A stretch of DNA of 64,000 bases from Octopus vulgaris (GCA_951406725.2 OX597824.1:31992001-32056000), one strand, 5' to 3'. Counted from the first letter of the stretch, positions 14,081 through 28,238 are shown. Notes: generated by a model from the letters alone, not told the origin. Made by a program: numbers and translations.

Positions 14081-14219
14081 CACAACTTTCTCTCACTCTT
14101 TCTTCTGTTGGCCTGCTCGCTTAGCCAGCGGGGTGGTGTCATTTGAAGGCTAAAACAATGCGAAGCGCATTGTGACCAGCGATGTGTAGCAACATCTGAT
14201 GGTCTGGTCGGTCACGGTG

Positions 14220-14832
<613 letters not shown>

Positions 14833-15015
14833 ACAATAACAGTTCCAAAACTTATTTTTTTAATCGCTGCACAAAATATCAATGACGTACAAGCTGAGAC
14901 CATTATGGCGCCTGAAATAATGCAACTTCCGGAGCTGCCAAACAAACTGAAACCAGTTGCAGTTTAACAATTTGTGATATGAATAGTCTAGGATCGCCAA
15001 TAGCATTATCGAATA

Positions 15016-15408
15016 CTAGCCGTATCGCCCGGCGTTGCTCCGGTTTGTTTCGACCCTTAAGAATTGGAATTTTTGAAAAGTAAAAATTTTGCATTATGTA
15101 GCTTGTTATTCTCTTTAAGTGAACATTTTCTGGTTGAAATACACCGAAAAATGGCGACACAGCAGTAAAATAAATCGTAAGAAATAGGAATTTTCATAGA
15201 AAAAAAAGCGCCTTTTTGATGTGAATGATTTTTGGTGTTAACATGGTCCGATTTGATTTTTTTCTTCTACGGAAGAAAGAGCAAGCCTTCTTCAATCATA
15301 CTCTTAATTTTGGTCAACTTGCGTCGCAGGGTCTCGGAAGAGATAGTGTTAGTTGAAGGCTGCCAAACGTGCCATACACAGACAACTTCAGCTTTATATA
15401 GAGAGAGA
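15016..15408 (-). mobile_element. Non-autonomous Helitron
   Basis: Minus strand starts TC(TC)TATATAAAG and ends CTAG after a GC-rich subterminal hairpin; homologous to 20721-21117. Confidence 0.8.
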
Positions 15409-16109
15409 TTACAAAATGAAGATTCCAAGTCAAAATTATCACCAATCATATTTGAACAAGTCTAGACCTATCATGTCAATAATTAATTTAACAATTTACT
15501 GGTCTTGTACGGCACATTCTACAAGTGTTTGGCTATTTGTGAAATAGAAAAATAGTAAGTATCTCCCGATAGCCAACCACTACTTGAATGGATGTTCAAT
15601 ACCTAATATTTTCGTTTCTCTCTTCTATAATCTTATTGAAGTCGATCCAGAACCCAATTTTTTTTACAATTGTACTCAGATGAAACAGAATATTCCGTTC
15701 TACTCTATGCACAAGGCCAGAAATTTGGGGGTAGGGGGCCAGTCGATTAGATCAACCCCAGTACGGAACTGGTACTTGATTTATCGACCCCGAAAGGATG
15801 AAAGGCAAAGTCGACCTCGGCGGAATTTGAACTCAAGAAGAAACAGAATATAAAAATTTTTTAAATCCAACCCAAGTGAACCCCAACGTGATTGTCTGTC
15901 TCAGTAGAAATAACAGCCAAATGTCCCTCAGTCTGCACACAGCTGTCTTAACTCTTTACTTGTCTAATACATTTTAAAAAAATTTGTCCCCTAGACGTCC
16001 ATATTTGTTTTCAGACTTTTAGCCGGCCTTCGTTTCATATATTCTAAGCTTTCCTTTCATAAGTGCTAAGTTACTCTGGTGGTTGAAAAAATTAGGAATG
16101 TGTAGCATA

Positions 16110-17350
16110 CACTGGGGTTGGATAAAATAATGAAAATATCTTAAAATTTCGAACAAATTTATTTTAATATGGAGTAGGACCGCCTTTGGCAGTAATTACA
16201 GTTTGAATTGTTTCCAAAGGAATATTTGTCCTTTCTTCAGCTAAAACAGTTTCCAGTTTTTGTTGTGATGATAGTGGAGGATATCGACTCCTTACTTGTT
16301 TTTCTAAAATGCACCATAAATGTTCAAGAATATTGAGATCTGGGGAATGTGGTAGCCAGATTAGATGTTCAACTTCACAAGAATGTTCCTCGTGCCATTC
16401 AGTAACAACTTTAGCTGTGTGAATTGGTGCATTATCATCCTGAAAGATAGCATTTCTCTCCGGAAAATATTCCGCAACCATAGGATGAATTTGATCAGAT
16501 AAAATGCTTAAATAGTCTTGACTATTAATTCTGCCATGAAGGGAAACCATTGGGCCGGCGGATTTCCAAGATACAGCCCCGCCCCCAGACCATCACAGAT
16601 CCTCCTCCATGTTTAACAGTTGAAAGAAGGCAGTCTGGGTCATATGCTTCTTTTGGCTGCCTCCACACGTATACTCAGCCGGTGGTCGGAAACAAGGTAA
16701 AGGATGACTCGTCCGAGAAAATAACATTCTTCCACTGCTCTGGAGACCAATTCTATAGGTTTTTACTCCACTCTAAACGCTTTGCAACGTTTGCTTTTGA
16801 AAGTAGTGGTTTTCTGATTGCGGCCCTCCCGTGAACTCCGGTTTTGTGCAGCTCCCGGCAAAGCTTTTGTGGAAACTGGGTTCTGGAAGTGATCATTAAG
16901 CTCTGCAGTAATTTTGGGAGCTGTACTTTTGTGATCTTGTCCAACAATTCGCGTAAGAGTCTGGCACACTCTATCTGAAAGTTTTGGTTTTTTCCGGAGT
17001 TTTGTTTCGACGAGGAGGTTTTTCTCTCTTTCTCAAAAGCTGTCATTACTTTCGAGACAGTACTTCTTGATACACCAAACATTTTGGATGTTTTCGTTAC
17101 GATAGCGCCTGCCATATGAGCACCATCAATTTTATCTATTTGAAAGTCCGATAGATCTGTCATTTTAATGAATTTTAACTACCTTTTTCTGATGTTATCT
17201 AAAAAGAAACAATTTTAGCAAAACATATTAAGCAACACTAATAATGAATCAAAAAACATAAAAAATAAACAAGCTTTTGGCGGTTTTATAGATATTTCAA
17301 AATTATGATGCTATAATGCTAGGTGTTTCCATTATTTTGTCCAACCCCTG
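16110..17350 (-). mobile_element. Tc1-like transposon with DD36E spacing (Incomer-like), frameshifted
   Basis: TIRs (ca/ct)ggggttgga(c/t)aaaataat with flanking TA; ORF pieces MTDLSDFQ..HTH..AAIRKPL, FSDESSF, TVKHGGGSVMVWG, FQDDNAPIH...SPDLNILE. Confidence 0.9.
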
Positions 17351-17699
17351 TATGTGTAACATATGTGTATATGATCCCCGGAACATGCAAAGGATTAAAA
17401 ATATGGTCCTTTGGCCAGTGTAATGTGGAGTACAGCATGACTAAAATAACTTAAAGCAGGCTATAAAGAAAAAATCACCTATATTAACCCTATTGACATT
17501 AATTCTACCTCTATTAATCGGGACATGAAAACATAACGGTAATAACAATATAAATTTTAGTTCGAATAACAACAATAAATCGAAAAATGTAATTTTGCAG
17601 CGTAAGGGAGATAACCGTTCCTTATTTCTCTATACGTAATAAAAAAAAGTCTAGGACTTAATAATTAACCAAATAACAAGGTGTATTCTAGTAAAAAAA

Positions 17700-17900
17700 A
17701 TTTGGTTGATCATTCCATTTGATAAACAGATCAAATCCAGCCCCGCTTATCAGTTTCGTGAAGCTATAGATAAGAATTTTCCAAAACATTTCAGATACCA
17801 TTCCATTATCAATTCACATCGAATTAGGATAGGTTTTTCAAACACCAAAAACCTTTCACAAATAATTTCTTCGCATAACCGTAAGTTGTTAAATACAAAT
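17700..17900 (+). mobile_element. Penelope-like element ORF remnant
   Basis: IPFDKQI..FREAIDKNFPKH..IINSHRIRIGFSNTKNLSQIISSHNRKLL resembles the PLE linker motif between RT and GIY-YIG. Confidence 0.65.
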
Positions 17901-18194
17901 CCGCTTAATGAAAATAATAACAGTAATATCATTAACGCCGAACAAATAGTTTCACTTTTCATAGGCTTTGTCCGAAAGATTGTCTTTGTTGTTGTTGTTA
18001 CTAGGATCTGTCATAAGTGATACAACACTGAACAAGCTCTTTACATTCTGGAGTGACACTAATTGCTGATTACTCAATGTATGAGGGAAAGGGGTGTAAA
18101 TTGAACTAAGTTCACCCAGCTTATTAACAGAATAGAGTTTCAAAATTCAGTATAATAATTACTGCTGTGACGTCTGAAATTTCAGTGTTTTTCT

Positions 18195-18552
18195 GGTACT
18201 TTTTGGTTATCTCAGCCCCATTAAAAAACTGGTTTAACTCTCCACTAAAACATTGAGTTTGTAACGACAAAAGATTTGCTTAAAAGTGTTAGATCCTTTC
18301 GATTTAATACATTGTTAACATTTGGTCTCCTCAATTTGTTATAAAAATGTTATTAGAGTTAATAAGATGATAAATTTTTTCAGCTTTACTGTTTATTAAT
18401 TTTTTTCAGTTTTCATGTTTTTGTTTTTTGTTTTATTGAGGGTTAAACAATTTTTTAGGTGGGGGGAAATAACCAAAAGTATCGATATTTTTCATAAAAC
18501 GTGGTGAGATAACTCAATTTTTTTAATGAGGGTGAGATAACCAAAAAGTACC
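18195..18552. mobile_element. MITE with ggtactttttggttatctca TIRs (Merlin-like termini)
   Basis: About 35-bp TIRs; TSD degenerate. Confidence 0.7.
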
Positions 18553-19465
18553 GTTGTCTTTTAGTCATGACCGTGACAATTTTTACTAAATGACAACAGG
18601 ACCATCCATTTTCATATGAAAATATGTTGATGTCCTTGCCTTGAGGAAAAGAATAGCAAAAAAATTAATAAGTGTTTGTTCTGTCGAAGATCACTGTTAA
18701 GATTTCGCAGAAGAAGGGAGGTTACTGTGTTATGTCTAACATTAACGTGGTAAGTCTTAAATTATAATTGAGAATAATTTTAAAATAATGATTACAGTTA
18801 TTATTTCTTTATTTTGGCTCAACATCGTAATTTTCTTTTTACCTGCATATTTTGCGATTGGACGTCGTTATTTGTCGGATCTCATAAGTTCTCCTGATAC
18901 ACAATCACTTCGTGAGTGTACATACCGTTATTTCGGTTTGAGAACCTAATTATTCCCCCTTTAATTTTTTTCTTTTTGGCAAAACTGTTTACTAAAAGAT
19001 TACACTTTCTACTATAGGCAAAACCCACAAATATTTGGGATAGTGAATAGTCGATTACATCGATTCCAGTACTCAACTGGTACTTATCTTATTGGCCCCC
19101 GAAAGGGATGAAAGGTAAAGTTGGCCATGGCGGAATTTGAACTCAGAACATACAAACGGACGAAATGCTGCTAAGCATTTGTCGAGCGTGCAATCTTCCA
19201 GTTTACATCACCAACTTTTTAATAAAAACTAATTATTAATATTATATATTCCCTAGTGAAGTATATGTCACTTGAAATGTATTCGATTTAGTAAAGACAT
19301 TTTTATTTTATTTTTCATTTTCATATATTTGACTTAGAAATATATTACGTGTCATTGGAAGATCATAGAATAAAATGATTGACGTAACTTTGGTTTAAGC
19401 ACCCCCAGATAACCCCTGACGGTTTTTCAAAACAAATTTTTTTTTTTTTGAAATTTTCAGCAAAC

Positions 19466-19878
19466 GGATCTTTTCGGTTTGACCGGCAGTTTTTTAAAAT
19501 AATTTCCACGTAACTAAACACTTTTAAAATTCATATACTTGTAGAATGTGTTTATAAAACATCTTTTTCTCTTGGCTTTATTGAGAAAATTCTATATTTT
19601 GTAAGATATTTGGTGGGGGTTTTTTCTTCAATTTCTTCAATTTCAACCAATCAATGACGTCTATTGAGGTGAAAACATTCTGTGCCGTATGAATATGTCC
19701 CTCGTTTAAGAAACAGATTGGGTTTATTTACATTTGTGAAGAAAAAAAGATACCCTTCCCCCCATCCCTAACCCTAAAACAGATAGGAATGCAATAGATC
19801 GATACTAGGGTCATAATTATGGGTGACAAATTCATATTACACCGCTAGAAAAAACTGCCGTTCAAACCGAAAAGATCC
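19466..19878. mobile_element. MITE family M1
   Basis: Same TIRs and body as the 12589 copy. Confidence 0.9.
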
Positions 19879-20720
19879 CTGAAATCTTTTTGCGAATTCG
19901 TGTTTTTTTTTTAAGACAAAAGATTTTGTGCGTATGATTTAAAGGATATTTAGCTGTTGTGTTTAGCACACCTCATGACCACCTGATACCTTCCTAGATT
20001 CTTTGCTACTCTGACATGTATTGAATTTTTCCAATATTTTTCTCCTTATAAACACATTTAATGGAACGATAAATGACCCAAGGGTGGTCACTGTCCATAT
20101 TTTAATCTCTAAAAGAAAAAAAAATTCGAAAAAGTGGAACTTTTAAGATTTATGGGGGAGGTAAAAAAATTAAAATCGCATGAATTCTTGTGTATAGAAT
20201 ATAAATTCGCAAATTTTTTTCTGAAAATTCCAAAAAATAAAAAACGTTATATTAGGTGTAGTGAATAAAAAATTTCAGTTATCTCACTCTTTCTTTCTTT
20301 CTCCCTCTCTTTCTTTCTTTCTCTCTCACACACATACACACACACCAGCAACATTACTTTCTCTGTCTCTTCACACACACTAACAAAAGCAATTCACATA
20401 CACACCACACATTCTGCCTTGCACACTCCATCACACACACACACATACTCGCACGCACACACGCACATCAATTCTGCCGCTTCACGCCAAATTCGAAAGA
20501 ACTTCCCTCATACAACCGCGCTCTCTCTGTCTCTCGCTTTCACGCCGACTTCAAAAGATCTCCTTTCCCACCAGCCCCATATTTAAAAAAATAATAATTT
20601 TTTACGGAAACCGACGATCATCTTCAAAAATGTAAATAAACACACGTGGTTTATAAGTGGTTTGTAAGTGACAGTCGTGTGTTCCCATATCGAAAGATCG
20701 CCAAATAAATTTGCTTGAAA

Positions 20721-21117
20721 TCTATATATATAAAACTGAAGTTGTCTGTGTATGGCAGGTTTGTAGCCTTCAACTAACACTATCTCCTCTGAGACCCTGC
20801 GGCGCAAGTTGACAAAAATTGAGAGTATGATAGAAGAAGGCTTGCTCTTCATTCCGTAGAAGAAATAAATTCAAATCGGACCATGTTAAGACCAAAAATT
20901 ATTTACATCAAAAAGCTGTTTTTTTTTCTATGAAAATCCCTATTTTTTACGACTTTTTGACTGCTGTGTCGCCATTTTTCGGTGTATTTCAACCAGAAAA
21001 ATGTTCACTTAAAGGGAATAACAAGCTACATAATGCAAAATTTTTACTTTTCAAAAATTCATTTTCTAAAGGGTCGAAAAGAAAACAAACCCGAGCAACG
21101 CTGGGCGATACTGCTAG
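20721..21117 (+). mobile_element. Non-autonomous Helitron
   Basis: A|TCTATATATATAAAA...cccgagcaacgctggg cgatactgCTAG|T: inserted at an AT site with no TSD. Confidence 0.85.
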
Positions 21118-21189
21118 TTTTAAGATATTTCCATTATTTTGTCTAACCCCTGTATATATATAATATCTATATGCTCACACACACATATA

Positions 21190-21400
21190 TATTTCTTTAC
21201 TACTCATAAGGGGCTAAACATAGAGGGGACAAACGGATTAAATCGATTACATCGACCCCAGTGCGAAATTGGTACTTTATTTATCGACCCCGAAAGGATG
21301 AAAGGCAAAGTCGACCTCGGCGGAATTTGAACTCAGAACGTAACGACAGACGAAATACGGCTAAGCATATCGCCCGGCACGCTAACGTTTCTGCCAGCTC
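21190..21400 (-). mobile_element. tRNA-derived SINE family B
   Basis: Head gagctggcagaaacgttag, B box gagttcaaattcc; many copies in the window. Confidence 0.85.
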
Positions 21401-21822
21401 GCACACACACACATATAATAAGTTAATGCCGTTCTGTGGAGTTACTGGGGGTTTCACGTCCATAGAGCGCTTAGCTTTACGGCGTCTCTCAGAAGCCTAA
21501 CGGTCAGTGGCCTAAAAGCTCTATTCAAAGCGGAAGGAGAAAAGACCTCGTAGCTATTTGTTGAAAGCACGGACAAAGAAAGATTAAACGCAAGGGATTG
21601 TCTCCCTTAGACCGCTATCACTGAACGCCAGCGCTGGAGAAAATGAAATCTCGACAGTCAGACATAAAAATATTGGTTTCAAATTTTAGCACAAGGCCAG
21701 CAGTTTGGGTGGAGGGAGTGAATCGAATACGGACGAAATGCCGCTAAGCATTTTGTCCGGCGTGCTGAATGGTTCTGCCAGCTCGCCGACTTAACAGCCA
21801 TGAAAATATTAACAGACGATAA

Positions 21823-22230
21823 CTCTTTACTCTTATACTTGTTTCAGTCATTTGAATGTGGCCATGCTGGATCACCGACTTTAGTTGAGCAAATCGACCC
21901 CAGGACTTATTCTTTGGAAGCCTAGTACTTATTCTATCAGTCTCTATTGCCGAACCGCTAAGTTACGCGGACGTAAACACACCAGCATCGGTTGTCAAGC
22001 GATGTTGGGAGGACTAACGCAGACATACAAACACACACATACATATATATATATATACATATATACGACGGGCTTCTTTCAGTTTCCGTCTACCAAATCC
22101 ACTCACAAGGCTTTGGTCGGCCCTAGGCTATAGTAGAAGACACTTGCCCAAGGTGCCACGCAGTGGGACTGAACCCGGGGCCATCTGTGGGTGGTAAGCA
22201 AGCTACTTAACACACAGCCACTCCTACGCC
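21823..22230 (-). mobile_element. tRNA-derived SINE family A (internal microsatellite, aagagt tail)
   Basis: Head ggcgtaggagtggctgtgt, B box ggttcagtccc; homologous to 43553, 51796 and 53257/55140. Confidence 0.85.
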
Positions 22231-22339
22231 TATAAAATAATTGTTTTTAAACAAATCTATATTTATTCAACTGAAACTTTATATTTTTTTGGAATACAAA
22301 GCAAAAACAAAATAATTTTTATCGTGAAATTTACGAGGA

Positions 22340-22770
22340 GGAGGAGTATTAATACCCCTCAGTTCTGGAGCCGTTTGGGCTATCCAGATGAGATGGAAAG
22401 AGATCAGATGGTCTTACTCTGTCTTTCGGTAAGAGGTAGACGCTTCATCTGGGACGCCATGGTCTGTGACTCTTTTGCTCCCTTTCACATCCTGGATGCT
22501 GCGGTAAATGGAAGATTTACTACATCCGTAGCCGAACGGAACGAAACCCTGAAGTATCGGGACCTGGTAGTGAACTATCTCTTCCAACTTGGGAGACGTT
22601 TAGAGGGACTGGGTCACTAACGGCAAAGTTCTTGTCATCATTGGCAGCTCACCTCACCGAGGTGTTAGATGATGCCCGTGAGGGTGCTTGGCTTTTCCAA
22701 CCCTTAGCCTCGTCATCGCCCGTGGTAATACCACTAGGGTGCTGGTTCGCTTCAGTAGGCTAATAATAGC
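22340..22770 (+). mobile_element. CRE-like non-LTR retrotransposon, restriction-like endonuclease remnant
   Basis: GRRFIWDAMVCDSFAP..AERNETLKYRDL..NYLFQ and a downstream SLVIARGN-like motif. Confidence 0.6.
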
Positions 22771-23224
22771 TGAGCCGTCAGACATAAGAAAAATGATTCT
22801 GTAGGAATACGACCGTATATGAGGAGGTTGGTGACAGACAAACCGCGCCACATGTCAACCAATCAGATCAATGGACACAACAGGAACAACCCAGCCAACG
22901 ATGGCTGTAATCTCAAACAAGATCATTCCTGCTGTGTCTCTCAAACAGTGAGGATATCAGATACCGCTACAATTCCACAACAGCGAAGCATTCTTAAAAA
23001 TACCAATTTGTTTACAAATATAAAGGAGAAAATATGTTTTTCTTTATTGAATATTGATGGGCAATTCTCGGTTCGGTTTCCAAGGTTCAGGCAGGGCGGG
23101 GTTAAAGTACTGGCAACTCAGGCAGTTGCTTGGGGTGCCATGTGCTTTTTAAACTAATTTTCAGTATTTTCTCCTTGTGAAAGTTTTTAAAATTATATTT
23201 GTCAGGGCGCCGAAGTTCAGCTTG

Positions 23225-23990
23225 CCCGGGGTGCCAGCAACCCTAGGGTCGGCCTTTGGTTCAGACAGATATTCCATGCAACTTCTCGCAGAAATTCGGC
23301 AACGGTGCGTCGGCCGATGTCCAGTCCTTGACAAAGGACCTGCAAGCGATGCTGCAGTTGAAGCTGTTCTCGTTTTATTCGTTTCGGTCCCATTTCGCCG
23401 ACGTCATATTGCGCGATTGCGGTCGAACAACTGGCCTTCTACTAGACGCAGATCCATATGGTTGGGTGGTAATGCCCTATCAGGTTGCGAAATTTATCAT
23501 TTCATCCCTCATAAATGTTGTTTGTACGCGGATTTTCATTTACTGTGACGTCGGGTTGATTCCACAACCCCGGCGGAAACATGGGCGGTAGGTGACAAAG
23601 ATTAAAAACCAATCCGCCTGCGTCACGTTGATGATATGAGCCAGAGAAATGGGTTCAATCAAGATAGTTCAGGAGGTCCTGAGCTTCGATAGGCAATATG
23701 TTCCGCTGAACTTGCATCCCCGCTAGAACTAGTGACAGTGGTAAGAAGGCTTGGCCATCGAGCATTTCAACAAAATGTCGGAACTCTTCGTCGATGTTAT
23801 ATGAGTTCGTTAAGCCTAGGTTTGTCATGGACAGTTTATTTCAAAGTATGAAGATATAAGAAACCAAACTCTGACCAATAGATTGGAGCAAGTAGAGTTT
23901 GGTAGTGAGTAAAATCCTTCGGCTTATCACAGGCCTGAAGGCCATTGATAATCTGTAATTGGCCTGGTGCTTTATCAATCACCAACATAT
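23225..23990 (+). mobile_element. Very decayed CRE-like RT fragment
   Basis: KLFSF and IGNMFR-like remnants (PIAIGNVFRRL motif); weak. Confidence 0.35.
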
Positions 23991-24002
23991 CTTAGATTCA
24001 AG

Positions 24003-25167
24003 GTATCTATTCAATCACAATCACAGATTTTTTAAATTATTATTTTTAACTAAACAGTTTGAAACTTCGAATACTGGTAGAATTTCTCACGTGGAACACA
24101 GTTTACTCTGAACTTTTTTAACAAAATTTCGTATTTTAGAAGTTATTTCGTGCTAAAGTTGTCGTATTTGGGTAATTTCAACTAATCAACGACATGTATT
24201 CGGTTGAAGAATGCTAATGGTCTTTGCGATAGTAATCGAAGAGCAACAACTTCCGGGTCATCTCTCCTAAATGTCACCACGAGTCCGCAGGTAGCTTTTT
24301 TGTTGTTGACGTATATGTAGTTTCAGAATGCCTTGTTTTACAACTATGAGATGTATTGTTATTGTTATGATTTTATCTTACTATAATCAACAACAAACAC
24401 ATTTCATCAATATAAAAGTCTATATAAGATAGACGGCAAGCTGGCAGAAACGTTAGCGCGCCGGGCGAAATGCTTAGCGGTATTTCGTCTGCCGTTACAT
24501 TCTGAGTTCAAATTCCGCCGAGGTCGACTTTACCTTTCATCCTTTCGGGGTCGATAAATTAAGTACCAGTTTCGCACTGGGGTCGAAGTAATCGACTTAA
24601 TCCCATTGTCTGTCCTTGTTTGTCCCCTCTATGTTTAGCCCCTTGTGAGTAGTAAAGAAAAATATAAAAGTCTATATAAGATTTTTAAAAAATAACATTA
24701 TCAAAACATGAAGGTAAAACAAAACAAATAGCGGCTTATACACCGGAAATACGGTAATTGTAGTGGCAGTGACAAGTTCGCTTGTTGCTAGTTGATAGTG
24801 TAGAAAGGAGGGAAAGAGTAAGGAATGCACGGTGATGACTAGAAAGGATAAAGGTGGCACCGTCTTCGCTCGCCATACGAATAGAACAGAGTGGTGACAA
24901 TTAGGAAAGATGACCCGGAAGTTGTTCCTCTTCGATTCCTATCGCAAACAGCAGTAGCACTCCTCAACCGAATACACGTCGTTGATTGGTTGAAATTACC
25001 CGAATACGACAACGTTAACACGAAAACTTCTAAAACACGAAATTTTGTCAAAAACGTTCAGCGTAAACAGTGTTCTATGTGAGAAATTCTACCAGTATTC
25101 AAAGTTTCAAACTGTTTAGTTAAAAAAAAAATTAATTAAAAATCTGTGGTTGAGATGGAATAGATCC
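24003..25167. mobile_element. Long-TIR (~280 bp) non-autonomous DNA transposon related to M1, 8-bp TSD gattcaag
   Basis: 24003-24281 is inverted at 24889-25167; TSD at 23995-24002 and 25168-25175. Confidence 0.88.
24431..24660 (+). mobile_element. Full-length SINE family B with 22-bp TSD
   Basis: aatataaaagtctatataagat at 24409-24430 and 24661-24682. Confidence 0.92.
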
Positions 25168-25959
25168 GATTCAAGATTATGTTGTTCTTCATATCTTTTT
25201 TTAGATGGGAAAAGGTATGAAATAAACCACTTTGAAAATTGCTATAATTGTCCAAGTCATCTTGTACAATTTCTAAATCATAGGCATATGCATCTTTAGA
25301 CCCCACCCCCATCCCATTGGATATTGGTTGAATGTGTCAGAGGTTTTTCTATTCTGTACATAAAAAAAAGTTTGGCTATTTTTTCTAGCAGGTCATGCAA
25401 CCAAATAGACTCCGTCGTTGGTCTGTCTCAGTAATAATTTCATTGTTATTTAGCCTCAAATCAACCCTGATACAGCAAACCTGTTTGCTGTATCGTAAAA
25501 GGTCTTTTCTGGCTTTGAACTCGGAGATATTTTCACTTCTTGGGAGATAAAAACGAAAGATGGAACTTTTCCCCAGAAAAGCTGTTTTGTTTAATTTGAA
25601 TACAAGTTGGGAATCGCTGTTACCAAGCTCTATAATACTTTTAAGAACTAGGGAAAATTAATTAATTTCTCAGCTGTCTGCACCAGCGACTTCACCAGAA
25701 ATACGGATACTCAGTGTAGGTTATGCCGTCGTTTGAATACATCACTCCAACTTTTCGAATACATCAAACCTCTTCTATTGGCAGTTGCTTCTGAATTATT
25801 TCCTTCTTGTAAGTCTAAAAATGCTCCTTGTTTTCCATTACGAGAAGTTAGCTTAGAGCTACATCGTCCTCTGCTTTCATAGCAAGCATAGCTTTCCCTT
25901 CCCACCTCCAAAATTTACGCCTTGAAGGAAGCACGTTCGTTTGCCAATAACAATATAGT

Positions 25960-26990
25960 CATCATGGCACGTGTATCATGATATTCTAATCGTTGATAAG
26001 GCTAAGTTTAAAGACTGATCCAACTAGCCTGACCTCCGCTGGCTTTCAATCGCCTCAGTACACGGTTTTGCTTCGGCACATTAGATGAACTATAAGAAAT
26101 GATATTGTCGAGAAGGAAGACATGAAGTACGCATGGTCTTTATCTCAACCATAAGAAAACAAAACTCATAGTGGTGGGGAAAGAGAAAATGCCATGAAAC
26201 TGAGTAGTGAGAGGCTCGAACAGGTTGAATTGTTCAAATTTCTGATGAAACCACATGTAGGAAAGAAATTAGGACATGGCTAGCCATGGCAAGAACAATA
26301 ACATCTGGGCAACAAAAGAGTCCCAACTAAGTTAAGGAGGCTGTAAGTGTTCATTTGGCAGAAATGTTAGCACGCCGGGCGAAATGCGTAGCCGTATTTC
26401 ATCTGCCGTTACGTTCTGAGTTCAAATTCCGCCGAGGTCGACTTTGCCTTTCATCCTTTCGGAGTCGATAAATTAAGTACCAGTTAGGTACTGGGATCGA
26501 TGTAATCGACTTAATCCGTTTGTCTGTCCTTGTTTGTCCCCCACCTGTGTTTAGCCCCTTGTGGGTAGTAAAGAAATAGGTATTTATTGTTCTGAAACAT
26601 GGACTCTGAATAAATTTGAAGAGAATATAATTAATGCATTTGAATTGTGGGTGTGTGGGAGAACGCTATAAGTCTGTAGCACGGTTCATCGGACAAACGG
26701 ATGGGTGTTACAAATAGGTGAAAGACAACTCCTGGAAATGGTGAAAAAAATAAAAGTTCATCTACATAGCCATATTCGGAGAAACAGAGTTCTAGAAAAC
26801 ATTATCATGCAAGGAAGAGGGTAGTAGACCAAGAGACGGGCAAGGAATGCAATGGATGGACAATATCATGAGCTGGTGGAACAAGATTGGCAAGGCAGCT
26901 GGAAAACTCGCACTTAATCGGTACGAATCCCGTTGTAATGTCAAATGTATGATGCTGTAATCCGGGGTGAATGGGGACAATTTTGAGGTT
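25960..26990 (+). mobile_element. Decayed RTE-clade LINE 3' part, interrupted by a SINE B (about 26355-26580)
   Basis: Remnants NHKKTKLIVV, SETWTLNK..INAFELWVW, GRPR..WMD. Confidence 0.6.
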
Positions 26991-27313
26991 CAAATGCATG
27001 TCACTAAGCGACTGCAAAAGCATTTACTGATTAATTTAGTGGGATTTATGTCCCTACCGGTAACCTACCGACGCGCATTGAAACTTTATCAAAATTCGTT
27101 GACACACTCGTTTTATTTATAAAAAGGAAAAAACAAAATAGGCAAGGATATCTAAATCCGCTGTGAACCAATATTTTTCCACGTCAACCATCAGTTAAAA
27201 ATGCCATACAGAGACATTTTTGAATAAATTATTTTATGGGAGCCTGTTTTCTCTTTCCGCAGAAAGTGGAATGGAAAAAAATATATTTTCTAAATGAAGA
27301 AAGTGAATGATTT

Positions 27314-27933
27314 GGATCTTTTCCGTTTGAACGGCACACAATTTCTAGTTAACTAAACACTTTAAAACTTCGTGCACTGGTAGAATGTGTCAAAATAAAA
27401 CATTTTTTTTTCTCTTGGCTTTCTTGAGAAAATTGTAATTTGTTTGTTTAACGTAGTTTAATTTTTCGAATTTTAACCAATCCTATACTCTCTTTTGAGC
27501 TAAAATCATTTGCTGCGTCTAAAACTGAGACAACATCCTGTAACTAACCCTAACCCTAAATTTTTTTTTCTTAATTTAATTGTTTAAATAATTTTCCATT
27601 GCTTTCGTTTTTTTTTACACGCGTAACAATTAAATTAATTTAACAATTAAGAAAAAAAAATTTAGGGTTAGGGTTAGGTTGAGGGTTAGTGACAGGATGT
27701 TGTCTCAGTTTTAGACGCAGCAAATGATTTTAGCTCAATGGAGGCAATCGATTGGTTAAAATTGCCGAAATGCTCGAAATTTCAGACGAAATATCTTACA
27801 AACTATTGAATTTTCTCGATAAAACCAAAAGAAAATAATGTTTTATAAACACATTCTACCAGTATACGAAGTTTAGAACTTTTTAGTTACCTAGAAATTA
27901 TGTTACAAAGTGCCGTTCAAAAGGAAAAGATCC
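27314..27933. mobile_element. Foldback variant of MITE M1 with inverted TTAGGG-like repeats
   Basis: TIR ggatcttttccgtttgaacggcac; almost entirely palindromic; taaccctaaccctaaa at about 27545 and tttagggttagggttagg at 27661. Confidence 0.85.
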
Positions 27934-28238
27934 TTACATTCTGACAAAAGGTCTTTTTAATAATGAGGTACTAAGTTTTGGAAGTCAGTTTGCATGAAAA
28001 TCTTACGTTCTGCAATCTTTTTCTTAAATCAAAAAACTAAGAATAATTATTTATTACTATATTATTTTAGGCCATGAAGGCGGTGAATTAGCGGTAGATT
28101 TGTTAGCACGCTAGGCAAAATGTTTAACCGCATTTTTTCAGGCTTTACGTTCTGAGTTCAAATTCCTCCAAAGTCGACTTTACTTTTCATCCTTTCGCGT
28201 CGATAAATCAAGTACCAGCCAAGCAGAGGAGTCGATCA

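Noticed and set aside
27541-27690. Interstitial telomere or chromosome-fusion scar
   Set aside because: Only 2-4 units per side, lying inside the arms of a TIR element; explained by the MITE.
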